64,000 nt of DNA, from contig JAPLFP010000358.1 in NCBI GenBank assembly GCA_026390585.1, forward strand, positions 17,659-81,658, given 5' to 3'. The notes beneath the pieces were generated by a model that had not been told where the DNA came from, made no database searches, and saw only the letters and a program-made list of their open reading frames with translations. Position 1 is the first letter of the stretch. Each line of letters begins with the position of its first letter. The translations under genes and the position numbers were made by a program. The stretch is from Ignavibacteriales bacterium (GTDB lineage: Bacteria; Bacteroidota; Ignavibacteria; UBA10030). Below, in pieces: positions 54,584-64,000 of this stretch.

Positions 54584-57500
54584 CTATTCCACGATACGAA
54601 CCTTTCCCTGACCGCTCGCTGAGTAATAATTGGGATCGTACATCGCCTCCGCCACAACTGGGGCATACTGGAACTCTCCACGAGTCACCGCTCGCACCAG
54701 ATAGAAGAACGCCTGTGAGCCGCGTTCGTCGAAATTGGTGTAGTAATTGATTCGATCATCGCGAATGTCGACATACTTGGGCTGCGCGGCTCCTTTGATG
54801 AAGCTGTACTGCGTCGTCTCCGTGAGCCGCGGATTCTCGATTTCAAATCCACCGGGGAGCAGATCCGAAATCGCCACATTCTCGAGTTCATCGGCATCCA
54901 CCGTCACCGTCAGTTTCACAACGATAAGGGAATTCTGCTTCACGCCATCCAAACCGATCGGTGCCCCATTCCTGTCGAAGAACTCACGGCGTACCCGCAT
55001 GTTCTTGTCCTCAATCCTCACCCTGCCATCTCGCCGGATTCCTTCAGACACGATCGAATAGTACGCCCTCCCCTCCCCACTCATGGAAATGGAGACGGAC
55101 CTTGCGGTTGCATCGAAATCGAACCTCTTGTTGCCGCCGGGATACGTGAACTGCTTTCCCGAGATCGTTACCGCACCCTTGAGGTTCGTGCCGCCTGCCA
55201 TTCTCGCTGCCTTGCCGAATGCCAGCAGTGTAAAGGCATCGTCCTGAGTGCTGTACCAGTAGTCTTTCTGGTATTCCCGGGAGAGGTAATCCATGTACCG
55301 TGGGATGTTCGGATTATTCGGATCTGTTTCCAGCAGAATGTTGAGAATGATCGCGTTCGACCGGATCGGTGAGTCATAGCATCCACCTGAGGTCCGTTGA
55401 GCTCCTTCTTCAATGAATCTCGTGGGAAGCAGCTCGGTGTATGTTTTCCGGTCGTCGCTCAGGGCAAAAGCGCCCGCAAGAAGATACTGCGTATCTGTCG
55501 TGAGCAATGCTCTTGCCGTCCTGTAGAAATTCATAAGACTGAGATCGGGCTGAGATCCGATGGCGAGAACGTAGAGCGCGTACACCGAGCCCTTGTCGGC
55601 AATTTTCTTAACGAGCGTGCGGTTGTTCTCGTAATAGTAATAGTCCATCGTCTGATTCTTCCTCGCAATCACTCCGACTGCATTGAGGGCGGCTTTCAGT
55701 GTCGCCTCGGAAACGACGTATCCGGCTTTCTTCGCTTCAAGGAGGAAGTGCGTGGCGTACACCGTTGTCCAGGAGTCCGAGTATCCGCCGCCAGGCCAAT
55801 AATCGAACGCCCCGTCATTTCGTTGCATCAGTGTGATCTTGGAAATCGCTTCGTTGACGAAATAGGTGGGACTTCCTTTGTCGAGGATCGTTGGATCGAG
55901 AATCACTGCAATGTCGCGCAGGTAAATCTGAGGAAATGCCTTGGATGTTGTTTGTTCGAGACAGCCGTGAGGATATCCAACAAGATATTTGAGCTGCTTT
56001 GCGAAATTCGCGACAGGAAAAGGACTCACCGTCACAAACGATCGTCGTCCGTACGGAAGGAATACGTCCTCGAGCGTATGCGTTGCGGTTTTGCCTGCCT
56101 CGGCTACACCCGTGATGCTCTCTGTGACAAACGGAGAGATTGGACGGATGGGTAGCTCGGTGACCGATTCGAGTTTTTCCCCTAAAGCCTGCGTTCTCAC
56201 TTTAATCACTGCCTTGCCGATCTGATCATTCGACTTGAGCGAGATTGGGACGAACCGTTCCCTGTTAGGATCGATATCCAGCGTCGCCGTTGATGGGGTT
56301 GCCGTGACGCCACCTTCGGTCAGGATTTCGAACTTCAGGGAAACACGTTTGTCGGTCGTATTGAACGCCGTGATGGGCATCGTCATGACGTCATTCGGAC
56401 TCAGAAACCTTGGCAGTGCCGGAGTCACGACCACGGGATCGGACACTTTCATCGTCTTCTGAGCAAAACCGTACCTGACCCCCTTGTACGCAAGCGCCAT
56501 AAGGCGTAGCTCGCCGCTGAATTCCGGGACGTCGAATGTCACCTCCGCTTCCCCCGAGGAGTTCGCCTTCAGGATCCCGGACCAGAGGGCGACAGGCTTA
56601 AATCGCTGGACTCCCAAAGGATTCACTCGTTTTTCTATCTGTTCCCCCTCGCTACCTCCGGGACTGCTCGCCGCTCGTTGGCGTTGAGTCAGTTCTGGAA
56701 TTAGATCGCGGAAGAAATCGTACGTCTCCGTCTGAAGCGCCTTCTTCGCATAAAAGTACCCAAAGGGATCCGGAGTCTTGTAGTTTTTGATCTGACAAAT
56801 CCCTTCGTCGACCGCGGCCAGAGTGGCAAAGACATTCTTTCCATTCGGGATCGTCAGCGTGATCCTTTGTTTCGTTCTTGGCCGTATTTTCTCAGGCGCG
56901 TTGATCGTGATGCCAAGACGGTTTGACTTCTTCTCGACCATCAGCGGACAGAAGCCGTGACCGACCATGAGCGGAATGTTGAGGTCCTTGATTTTTCGGA
57001 ATAGCACCGCGGTGATGTAGACGTTCGGGAGGTACTCTTCTTCAACGTCAATCTCCATCGAAGCCAAATTCTTCTGCACCTCAAGATACCGGTAGCTAAA
57101 CATCTTGCTGCGTTCCACGGTCACGAGCATCGTTCCGTTGAAGGGAGCCTGGAACAGTATTTTTGCCTTATCGCCGGGGGCGTACACGGGTTTATCGAAA
57201 ACCATCTCGACGCGTGCCTCGGGATTCACTTCAAAGGATGTGATATCGGCCGTCTCCCAGCTGTACGAATAGAATGAAAACTCATTGTAGCCTGTCCCAC
57301 CGACCTGAGAGACGCGCACAACATAGTCTCCAGACCGGGAAACGGAAAAAGTATACTCGGTGGGAGAATCCTTGAGTGTCACGTCTTCCGACTGTACGGG
57401 AATTTCCCGCTGCTCCGAAACGTATCGAAGTGTCTTTGTCTCAGGATGCATCCGCAGGGCCGTATGCCACTCCCGGCGAATCAAATCGACCTTCGATTTG

Positions 57501-60022
57501 AAGCCATTGATGGGCGTGTCGTTTATGTCGACCGCTACAAGACGAATCTTCTGGGGGGTATTAGGATTGATGTAATAGTCGCCCGGTCTCTGCACGCCGA
57601 TGAAATAGTCCTTAGGATAAACGATCGTGGACGTCGATTGGTAAACGGGTCTTCCGGATTCATCGAACACCCCGACTCTTCCGCGCACCCGTAAGAGACC
57701 CGGTGCGGTTGCTGTCTTGGGAATTGTCAGGGATGTTTCACCTTTGCCCTCGTTATCGGTTTTGCCGTTATCGGTTATTACGTCGGTAGGAAAGACCTTC
57801 GTCGCATCGTCGTTGAACCGGAAATCGGGGAATTGCTTGGACCGGAACGGAATTCCATCAAAACTCACCTCCATTTCCCAGTTGCGCCCGGAGGCAGGAG
57901 GTCCGAAAAAGTTGTGTGCTTCAAAGTTATAGGCAAGAACCTCCGCCGGCTTCGCCGTTTGTTTTGACGCGTCCAGGCTGATCCTAATACGGTCGGGGAC
58001 AAAATCTTCTACGCTGACCTGGTACGTGGTGAGAAACACGGAGGTGCCAGTGTACAAACTTATTTCGTATTGGCCTGTCGGCGCTGATGCTGAAGTCTGG
58101 TAGCTTGCCTCGAATGATCCCTCTTCATTGAGCGTGTACTGGGTCTCGGAGATGAGCGTTCCTTTTGGGTTGTTGATCCTGACGCGCACCGGCATGTCCG
58201 GAGGGAACGGTTCGTTCAACGTGCGAACGATCCCGGAGAAGTACATTTTCTCCCCCGGACGGTACAGATTTCTGTCGCCGTACAGGAATGCATCATACAG
58301 TCCCTGTGCGTCGCGCTTTCCTTCCACTTCAAATCGTGACGTTTCGACCTGATAATCACCGAGATTGAGGAAATTGAAATCGTCCCCTTTCTCGGCTGTA
58401 ATGAGCTTGATGGAGAAGCCCTTCGTGAGCTGGTCGAGCTTCTCGAAACGAGCAACGCCATCGCCATCTGTTTTCGCGAAAGTGATGGTTTGATTGTTCG
58501 TCGAGATCAGGTTGATCGTTGTACCGGAGAGGGGAGCGTTCGTTTCGAGGCTGATCGCGAACACGTGCAACGTGTTCTGGCTTCGTTTGACCATGAGTCC
58601 GATGTCGGAGATCGAGATGAGTTTTGAAGTCGAACGCCACCCCTCTTCCGGATTCGCGATCTGAACGAGATAGAACCCCTTGTAGTCGGTCCGAAGGTAG
58701 GAGGTCAGATCGAACGCTGTCGTCACTTCCTGATTGGGGGAATTGTTGATAGTGATTGTTTTGCTGTCGAGGAGCCGTCCGAAGTTGCCTACAGAGTATC
58801 GAAACTTCCGTCGATAATATGAACGACCTTCATCTTCATCGTAGGAATAGTCATAGTCATATTGCCTGCCGCCGTCGAGGAAATGAACGAGATTGTTCTG
58901 AAAGACCTGACTTACCCGCACCTCGAGTTTGGAGAGATTGACCGTCTTGAACTCGATCGTCTTTTGTCCGGCCAACAGCATGTAGACGCCGGTGGGCGAC
59001 GTAAAGCCGAATGAGGGTTTCACGTTGCCGATGACGATGTCGGCCTCATAAGCGTTCTTCGTTTTTGCCCCTAGAACGCTCTCTAAACCCTGCTTGATGA
59101 GAAGGTGAAAGGGTGTTCCCGGCTCGAATTTTCCCCGCAGGGTGAACGTGAGCCGGTCGTCGCTTACAAGCTTGTGGGGCCTCACCGGGTTGAGCTCGAT
59201 AAGCGATTCAGCGGTCTTAAGGTCGACTTCCTGTGACGCCTTGATTTGTATCCAGCTTTCGGTTCCGTCGAACCCGAAGGAATGGCCGTAAATTTTGAGC
59301 TCCTCAAGCCCGGGGAGTTTGTACACGAACGGCTCCTTCATCATTATCCGTGTCTGCGTCTCGGGTGAGACCAGACCATTGTCGATCTCGATGGCGATCT
59401 TGCGTTCTTTTTCCAGTTGCGTCAGCGCCCCGATTTCGATCGGTATGACCCGGCTGGGCACAGCCGTCATCATCTTGATGTGTTCGTACGGCTGGTCATC
59501 GATCAGAATTTTGAGGTGTTTCGCCAGCTCATCGGGATTCACGTTGTAGGTGAACGATAGGTTCGCTCTCACCCCGACCGTTTGCCTGTTGTCGATGCGG
59601 TCATAGAAAAACTCCGCGCTCGTCATGAAGAATGGTTCCGTCGAGAAGGAGAACTCGTCATCTCCCTTGAACGCCTTGGCTCGGGCGGCCTTGAGAAACA
59701 GGGACGTGTTGAATTTGCCCTTGAATTTCACATCACCGGGAAGCGCCGCGTCGGGACTGAAGACGAGATGAGCAGAGTCCTGCCAGACGAATTTTCCTTC
59801 GATGTGAGGAGTGAACTCGATGTACGGTGTGGTTGTCCATGCGTGGATTGAATCTTCCGGCACGATGCCCCGGGAGAATTCAAAGGTGAAAACAGTGTTG
59901 TTCGGAACCGTGCCCTTGGGAAGAGGAGACAACACTCTGAGGGAGTCGGACTCTCTGACGGAGCATGATGAGAGTGCGAGGGTGCCGACGAGCGTCAACG
60001 CAAAGAGAGACAGTCTGGTCAT
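54584..60022 (-). CDS. alpha-2-macroglobulin family lipoprotein with thioester motif (YfhM-like)
   Basis: 1812 aa. Lipobox in MTRLSLFALTLVGTLALSSCS. Thioester GCLEQ encoded at 55952..55966 in YPHGCLEQTTSKAFP. Directly downstream of pbpC. Confidence 0.9.
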   Translation of the reverse strand: MTRLSLFALTLVGTLALSSCSVRESDSLRVLSPLPKGTVPNNTVFTFEFSRGIVPEDSIHAWTTTPYIEFTPHIEGKFVWQDSAHLVFSPDAALPGDVKFKGKFNTSLFLKAARAKAFKGDDEFSFSTEPFFMTSAEFFYDRIDNRQTVGVRANLSFTYNVNPDELAKHLKILIDDQPYEHIKMMTAVPSRVIPIEIGALTQLEKERKIAIEIDNGLVSPETQTRIMMKEPFVYKLPGLEELKIYGHSFGFDGTESWIQIKASQEVDLKTAESLIELNPVRPHKLVSDDRLTFTLRGKFEPGTPFHLLIKQGLESVLGAKTKNAYEADIVIGNVKPSFGFTSPTGVYMLLAGQKTIEFKTVNLSKLEVRVSQVFQNNLVHFLDGGRQYDYDYSYDEDEGRSYYRRKFRYSVGNFGRLLDSKTITINNSPNQEVTTAFDLTSYLRTDYKGFYLVQIANPEEGWRSTSKLISISDIGLMVKRSQNTLHVFAISLETNAPLSGTTINLISTNNQTITFAKTDGDGVARFEKLDQLTKGFSIKLITAEKGDDFNFLNLGDYQVETSRFEVEGKRDAQGLYDAFLYGDRNLYRPGEKMYFSGIVRTLNEPFPPDMPVRVRINNPKGTLISETQYTLNEEGSFEASYQTSASAPTGQYEISLYTGTSVFLTTYQVSVEDFVPDRIRISLDASKQTAKPAEVLAYNFEAHNFFGPPASGRNWEMEVSFDGIPFRSKQFPDFRFNDDATKVFPTDVITDNGKTDNEGKGETSLTIPKTATAPGLLRVRGRVGVFDESGRPVYQSTSTIVYPKDYFIGVQRPGDYYINPNTPQKIRLVAVDINDTPINGFKSKVDLIRREWHTALRMHPETKTLRYVSEQREIPVQSEDVTLKDSPTEYTFSVSRSGDYVVRVSQVGGTGYNEFSFYSYSWETADITSFEVNPEARVEMVFDKPVYAPGDKAKILFQAPFNGTMLVTVERSKMFSYRYLEVQKNLASMEIDVEEEYLPNVYITAVLFRKIKDLNIPLMVGHGFCPLMVEKKSNRLGITINAPEKIRPRTKQRITLTIPNGKNVFATLAAVDEGICQIKNYKTPDPFGYFYAKKALQTETYDFFRDLIPELTQRQRAASSPGGSEGEQIEKRVNPLGVQRFKPVALWSGILKANSSGEAEVTFDVPEFSGELRLMALAYKGVRYGFAQKTMKVSDPVVVTPALPRFLSPNDVMTMPITAFNTTDKRVSLKFEILTEGGVTATPSTATLDIDPNRERFVPISLKSNDQIGKAVIKVRTQALGEKLESVTELPIRPISPFVTESITGVAEAGKTATHTLEDVFLPYGRRSFVTVSPFPVANFAKQLKYLVGYPHGCLEQTTSKAFPQIYLRDIAVILDPTILDKGSPTYFVNEAISKITLMQRNDGAFDYWPGGGYSDSWTTVYATHFLLEAKKAGYVVSEATLKAALNAVGVIARKNQTMDYYYYENNRTLVKKIADKGSVYALYVLAIGSQPDLSLMNFYRTARALLTTDTQYLLAGAFALSDDRKTYTELLPTRFIEEGAQRTSGGCYDSPIRSNAIILNILLETDPNNPNIPRYMDYLSREYQKDYWYSTQDDAFTLLAFGKAARMAGGTNLKGAVTISGKQFTYPGGNKRFDFDATARSVSISMSGEGRAYYSIVSEGIRRDGRVRIEDKNMRVRREFFDRNGAPIGLDGVKQNSLIVVKLTVTVDADELENVAISDLLPGGFEIENPRLTETTQYSFIKGAAQPKYVDIRDDRINYYTNFDERGSQAFFYLVRAVTRGEFQYAPVVAEAMYDPNYYSASGQGKVRIVE

Positions 60023-60079
60023 GATAAATCTCCCTGTGATGTGAGTGAACAGATGGATACCTGAACGGTAAACCCGGTG

Positions 60080-62389
60080 CTAAAGCATGATATGAACCGT
60101 CACCTTGACGGAGGTCATCCGGCCCTTGTCGTCGAGACAGGTGATCGTATGAGTTCCTTCTTTGAGTGACATGAAGAGGCGGGCGCCGGCCCTTTTTCGA
60201 CCGATAAATCGCTCGTCGATGTACCAACGATGTTCGCTCACTTCGACGCCTGAGCTCGCCTGGAAAAGGATCTGCTGGCCTTCTTCCGTCAGATAGTACG
60301 TCATGTCCTTCGACGGACTGGCGATTTTGGGACCTTCTCCCGCAAACAGGCGATCGCACGCGGGATTGTGTGGCGGTGCAAGTTTGAACGGTATTCCCGC
60401 TTTCTTCCAGTACGCCAAGAGCTCCGGGGGAAACTCCAGACACACCTGCACCCCGTAGGGGTTGTCGCCGAGGCAATTCGGGCAATAGTGTTTCTTTCCG
60501 TCGCGTGAAACGAGATACTCTTTGTGGATGTCGCAATACAGATTCTGAGTCTGCGTGACGGAATAGATATCCTGGACAAGGTCCTTGCAGTACGCGGTTG
60601 GGAGTTTTCCGCTCGTGGCGCAGACGGAGCGAACATCGATGTCCGGTGGCGTACGGAGAATGGTCTTTCGGTTGGCGGTGGATATCGAATTGAACAAGTC
60701 GATCAGCAGCGGTGCCGCCGACTTGCTTGCGACCAGGTCTGGAATGCCTGTGTTGGTGACGTTTCCCACCCAGACTCCGATTGTAAATTCCGATGAATAA
60801 CCCAGGCACCAGGCATCCCGTCGCCCGTAACTGGTGCCGGTCTTGAATGCGACTCTCGGCAGGTTGAGTGATGACGCGAAGTTGTTCGGCAGGTCGGGCC
60901 GGTCCATGCCCGACAGGATTTCCGTGACGAGAAAAGCTGTCGAAGGGGAGAACGCGCGCCTCCTTTCATTCCTGTCATTCCTCGATGCTTTGATGAAAGT
61001 GGGTTCCCGGTACATGCCTTCGTGGGCAAAGGTGGCGTACGCCGCCGTCAGTTCTTCCAGCGTGACACCGCATCCGCCAAGGATGACGCTCAGACCGAGT
61101 TTCTCTTTCTGCGCTTTCAAGGATGCTACACCAACATCCTCCATGAACTGGAGAAATCGCGGCGCGCCGGTTCGCCGCAAGAGCCGAACAAATGGGACAT
61201 TCAATGATCGGCGCAATGCCTCGTCGGCATAGACGAAGCCAGAGAACTTGCCGTCGTAGTTTTCAGCTGTGAAACCCTCATCGTCGTACGGGACATCAAG
61301 CAGGCGTGTTTTGGGCGTCAGCGTGCCTCGTTCCATCTCGAGTGCGCAGAGAAATGGTTTGAGCGCAGAGCCGGGTGACCGCAAGGCTCGAATGGCATCA
61401 ACCTGTCCCTGTGTGGAGGAGTCCGTGAAATCCGGGGAGCCGATGTACGCTATGACCTCCATGGTACTATTGTCAATCACAATAACGGCGCTATTCTGGA
61501 CGCCCTGCTTCTTCCATGGGCGCACGTGGTTTCGCAGAAGCATTTCGGCTGTTGTTTGCGTCGCGAGATCAAGCGATGTCCGAACTGCCGCAGATGTGTT
61601 GGCCTGTTCCTTTATCCTCCAACAGAAATGCGGCGCGACCATGCTCAGCGGCTTCCGTTTTGCTTCGGACCTCATCTCCCAGATGACGATGGAATCGAGA
61701 CGGGAAAGAAGTCCACGCTTGATCCATTGAGCTGATTGCCTTTTCCGCTCCATAAAAAGATCTGACGCGTTCTTGTCCGGTCGCAGATGATTAGGGTCGT
61801 TGGGGATGAGAATGAGATCAAAGAGTTGCGCGATGTTCAATCGTTCCAGTGGAGTCTGGTAGTAGAACAGAGAAGCTGATTCCAGCCCTTCAATATTGCC
61901 GCCGAGGGGCACGATAGAGAGGTAAAGGTCGAGAATTTGATCCTTGGAGTACCTCCACTCCAACTGGAACGCGCGGAACATCTCGATTACTTTGTTAGAG
62001 TACGTTCTCTCTTTCCGCTCAAGCATCCGCGCCACCTGCATCGTGAGGGTCGACGCGCCGGACACCCTTCGGCCTGCAAGAACGTTTTGGAGAAATGCCC
62101 TACAGACCGAAACCGGATTCACTCCCGGATGGTAGTAGAAAAACCGGTCCTCTTTCTTGATAAGGACATCCTTCAGGCGCTTGGGGATTTCGCCGGATCT
62201 TGTCTGGAGGCGCCACATACCATCCTCAGCAAGGAACGCATGGAGAAAGGCTCCGTGGCGATCCTGCACGACGAGTGAATATGGTTTAAGAGGTGGAAGC
62301 GGAAACAGAGCATTGAGCGTGAGGAACAGGAGGAAGAAGATTGCAGCGGATGAGAGAAGAAAGGCGAAGATCGTGGTAAATCTTCTCAC
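60080..62389 (-). CDS. pbpC: penicillin-binding protein 1C (bifunctional glycosyltransferase/transpeptidase)
   Basis: 769 aa. GT51 motifs EDRFFYYHPGVNP and GASTLTMQVAR. Transpeptidase SxxK (SPGSALKP) and KTG (FKTGTS). PBP1C-type C-terminal beta domain. Adjacent to an A2M gene, as with E. coli yfhM-pbpC. Confidence 0.9.
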   Translation of the reverse strand: MRRFTTIFAFLLSSAAIFFLLFLTLNALFPLPPLKPYSLVVQDRHGAFLHAFLAEDGMWRLQTRSGEIPKRLKDVLIKKEDRFFYYHPGVNPVSVCRAFLQNVLAGRRVSGASTLTMQVARMLERKERTYSNKVIEMFRAFQLEWRYSKDQILDLYLSIVPLGGNIEGLESASLFYYQTPLERLNIAQLFDLILIPNDPNHLRPDKNASDLFMERKRQSAQWIKRGLLSRLDSIVIWEMRSEAKRKPLSMVAPHFCWRIKEQANTSAAVRTSLDLATQTTAEMLLRNHVRPWKKQGVQNSAVIVIDNSTMEVIAYIGSPDFTDSSTQGQVDAIRALRSPGSALKPFLCALEMERGTLTPKTRLLDVPYDDEGFTAENYDGKFSGFVYADEALRRSLNVPFVRLLRRTGAPRFLQFMEDVGVASLKAQKEKLGLSVILGGCGVTLEELTAAYATFAHEGMYREPTFIKASRNDRNERRRAFSPSTAFLVTEILSGMDRPDLPNNFASSLNLPRVAFKTGTSYGRRDAWCLGYSSEFTIGVWVGNVTNTGIPDLVASKSAAPLLIDLFNSISTANRKTILRTPPDIDVRSVCATSGKLPTAYCKDLVQDIYSVTQTQNLYCDIHKEYLVSRDGKKHYCPNCLGDNPYGVQVCLEFPPELLAYWKKAGIPFKLAPPHNPACDRLFAGEGPKIASPSKDMTYYLTEEGQQILFQASSGVEVSEHRWYIDERFIGRKRAGARLFMSLKEGTHTITCLDDKGRMTSVKVTVHIML

Positions 62390-62670
62390 TTGACTCTCGC
62401 AGGACTAGGGGAACGCGGGACGGTGCATGATGGTTGACACGGGCAATCTAAGGGAAGGTACGAAGAATGTCAAATGGCGGCTGTTTACCCGACGTTTCGA
62501 AAGCGGGATTGTCCACCAAACGTCAGCGAATCACTCTCATCAGAGCGGCGCGTTGACACAAATGATCTTGCAGAATCAGAGGGGAATCCCTGCCTCCCCA
62601 TGAGCTCGCGCAGAGATGTGGTGTAAGCAACGCAATGCTTCTGAGGGTCATCAACGTGGAGTCGATCGAT

Positions 62671-63198
62671 CTACTTCCAGTTCATTCGTTCACGTAACGA
62701 GGCAATGTGTGCTACATGGTGTCGTCCGTGCCAGGCATAGAGTTGGAGAATTCTGTCGAGTGCGATGGTTCCCATTTCAGGGTGTTTGACGGTTTTGGCA
62801 AAATCTGAAGTCGCCATTGAGCGCAAGAATATAGTCCACCGCTGATGAAGAGACTCAAGAAGGATAAGTGATGGCTCAATGGGTGATGACTTTGCATCAA
62901 CAAGCTCAGCCCACAGGTTCTCTTTGTAAGGCTTCACCGGCGGTTCTTGTTCGGTCATACCGAGCTTGAAACGTATATACGCATTCATATGGCTGTCGGG
63001 GATGTGATGAACCACCTGCCGTACGGTCCAGCCACCCGGTCGGTACGGAGTATCGAGCTGTTCTTCCGTGAGGCCTTTTATCGCCTCGCGAAGCTTGGCC
63101 GGTGCTTCCGCAATCTGTCGAATGAGGTTCTGTCGGCTGACATCGTTAAGTTCAGGTTCCGGTTGGAATTTTCCGACGGGATAACGAAGATCTGTCAT
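62671..63198 (-). CDS. DinB-family / YfiT-like metal-dependent protein (putative thiol transferase)
   Basis: 175 aa. MTDLRYPVGKF start, HHIPDSHMNAYIRF and YAWHGRHHVAHI, the histidine triad pattern of YfiT/DinB_2. Confidence 0.8.
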   Translation of the reverse strand: MTDLRYPVGKFQPEPELNDVSRQNLIRQIAEAPAKLREAIKGLTEEQLDTPYRPGGWTVRQVVHHIPDSHMNAYIRFKLGMTEQEPPVKPYKENLWAELVDAKSSPIEPSLILLESLHQRWTIFLRSMATSDFAKTVKHPEMGTIALDRILQLYAWHGRHHVAHIASLRERMNWK

Positions 63199-63228
63199 GA
63201 TGTCTTTACTCCTCTAATGAACAACAAT

Positions 63229-64000
63229 TTAGTGTTTTTCCCCGAGAAGCGAGATCTTGCCGTCAAGATCTGAAACGATCACGCGGCGGTTCTCAAGGAG
63301 AACGGGCGTACTTGTGATCGTCACGCCAATCCGGTGTTCCCAGCGAATCGCACCCGAGTGGGCATCTAACGCAAAGATCAGTCCGTTTTTTGTTCCGAAA
63401 TAAACTACACCACCTCGCTCTATCGGCATGGATGGATCAATATCGTAACCGTAGCCGCAGTTTGTGGTCCAGACTTCTGCAGGCGACGAAGCGGAGGAAC
63501 TGAACGCAACAACTGTGTCCGTCATGCATCGCACATAGATCCGTTTGCCGTCTTCTGAAATTCCTACGCACTCCCTCACCTGATGTTGCTTGGAGCGCCA
63601 GATCGTTTTTCCTGTTCGGGCATCGATCGCTGTCATGAAGCGGTCGGGCGCAACGACGAACACCTTTCCGTTTGCTGCCACCGGCCAGCATGCGGCTGGG
63701 GAGTACAGCACTCCAGTGTTTCCATTCGACCACTTCCAAAGCAGTGAACCGTCCTTGACAGACAACGCGTAGAGATATGTGTCCCACGCGCCAAAAATCA
63801 CCATTTCCTTGTAAACAAGCGGCTTCGTCTCGACGAACCCGCCCACGTTCTTGAACTCCCACTTCACTTTCCCCGTCTTCAAATCCAGAGCACGAAACAC
63901 TCCGTCGCTCCCGCCGATATAAACCAAGCCATCGCGGATGGTCGCCGCGGCAACGACAGGAGCGCCCGTCTGTATCCTCCACAAGGGTGTGCCGCGGTTG
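63229..64000 (-). CDS. PQQ-like beta-propeller repeat protein, C-terminal part (N-terminus beyond the window end)
   Basis: The frame stays open to position 64000 (…NRGTPLWRIQTG…). Repeated DG.VY.G..DG...ALD..TGK..W blades (VYIGGSDGVFRALDLKTGKVKWEF, YLYALSVKDGSLLWKW, FMTAIDARTGKTIWRS, LIFALDAHSGAIRWEH). Confidence 0.75.
   Translation of the reverse strand, partial: NRGTPLWRIQTGAPVVAAATIRDGLVYIGGSDGVFRALDLKTGKVKWEFKNVGGFVETKPLVYKEMVIFGAWDTYLYALSVKDGSLLWKWSNGNTGVLYSPAACWPVAANGKVFVVAPDRFMTAIDARTGKTIWRSKQHQVRECVGISEDGKRIYVRCMTDTVVAFSSSASSPAEVWTTNCGYGYDIDPSMPIERGGVVYFGTKNGLIFALDAHSGAIRWEHRIGVTITSTPVLLENRRVIVSDLDGKISLLGEKH

Overview
Densely coding bacterial chromosomal segment. I support 43 protein-coding genes. 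I recognised no rRNA, tRNA or CRISPR array. All family calls come from reading motifs in the supplied ORF translations and my own translations; no searches were run.

Content in order:
- gmk, yicC and an NFACT/RqcH-like gene.
- An ECF sigma/anti-sigma pair; a second pair lies at 37.4-38.9 kb.
- A run of 21 consecutive minus-strand genes (5.6-33.8 kb): a Cys/Met PLP enzyme; S9 and M48 peptidases; a ribose-type ABC importer with two tandem lipoprotein binding proteins, joined by ATGA overlaps to two URO-D-family genes; a PNPOx-like protein; a beta-helix protein; a class-V aminotransferase; an SDR; an Nramp-fold transporter with NRMT-type (Mg2+) site residues, preceded by a soluble PRC/MgtE-N/CBS protein; a DSD1-type PLP enzyme; a four-gene pilin-like operon (PilV/PilW/PilX-like) without prepilin cleavage motifs; a 1.6-kb decayed region; and pdxJ.
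- Then an Omp85-like outer membrane protein with bactofilin-like repeats, an M14 carboxypeptidase, a metallophosphoesterase, a GH5 enzyme with a T9SS C-terminal sorting domain, a TIGR00300/LOR-SDH protein, two amidohydrolases, a methyltransferase, a GNAT, two very large thioester alpha-2-macroglobulins placed tail-to-tail, pbpC, a DinB/YfiT protein and a PQQ-like propeller.

The T9SS sorting domain plus the gene content suggests an FCB-group organism (Ignavibacteria/Bacteroidota-like); this is inference.

Best leads for undescribed biology:
1. A split MgtE-type cytosolic sensor translationally coupled to an NRMT-type Nramp.
2. The pilin-like operon with no class-III signal, containing tandem 408/409-aa PilX-like paralogs and a remnant of a third copy.
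3. The operon of two binding proteins, ABC transporter, two URO-D genes and M48.
4. Heptad-periodic A-tract/T-tract intergenic modules shared by two spacers.
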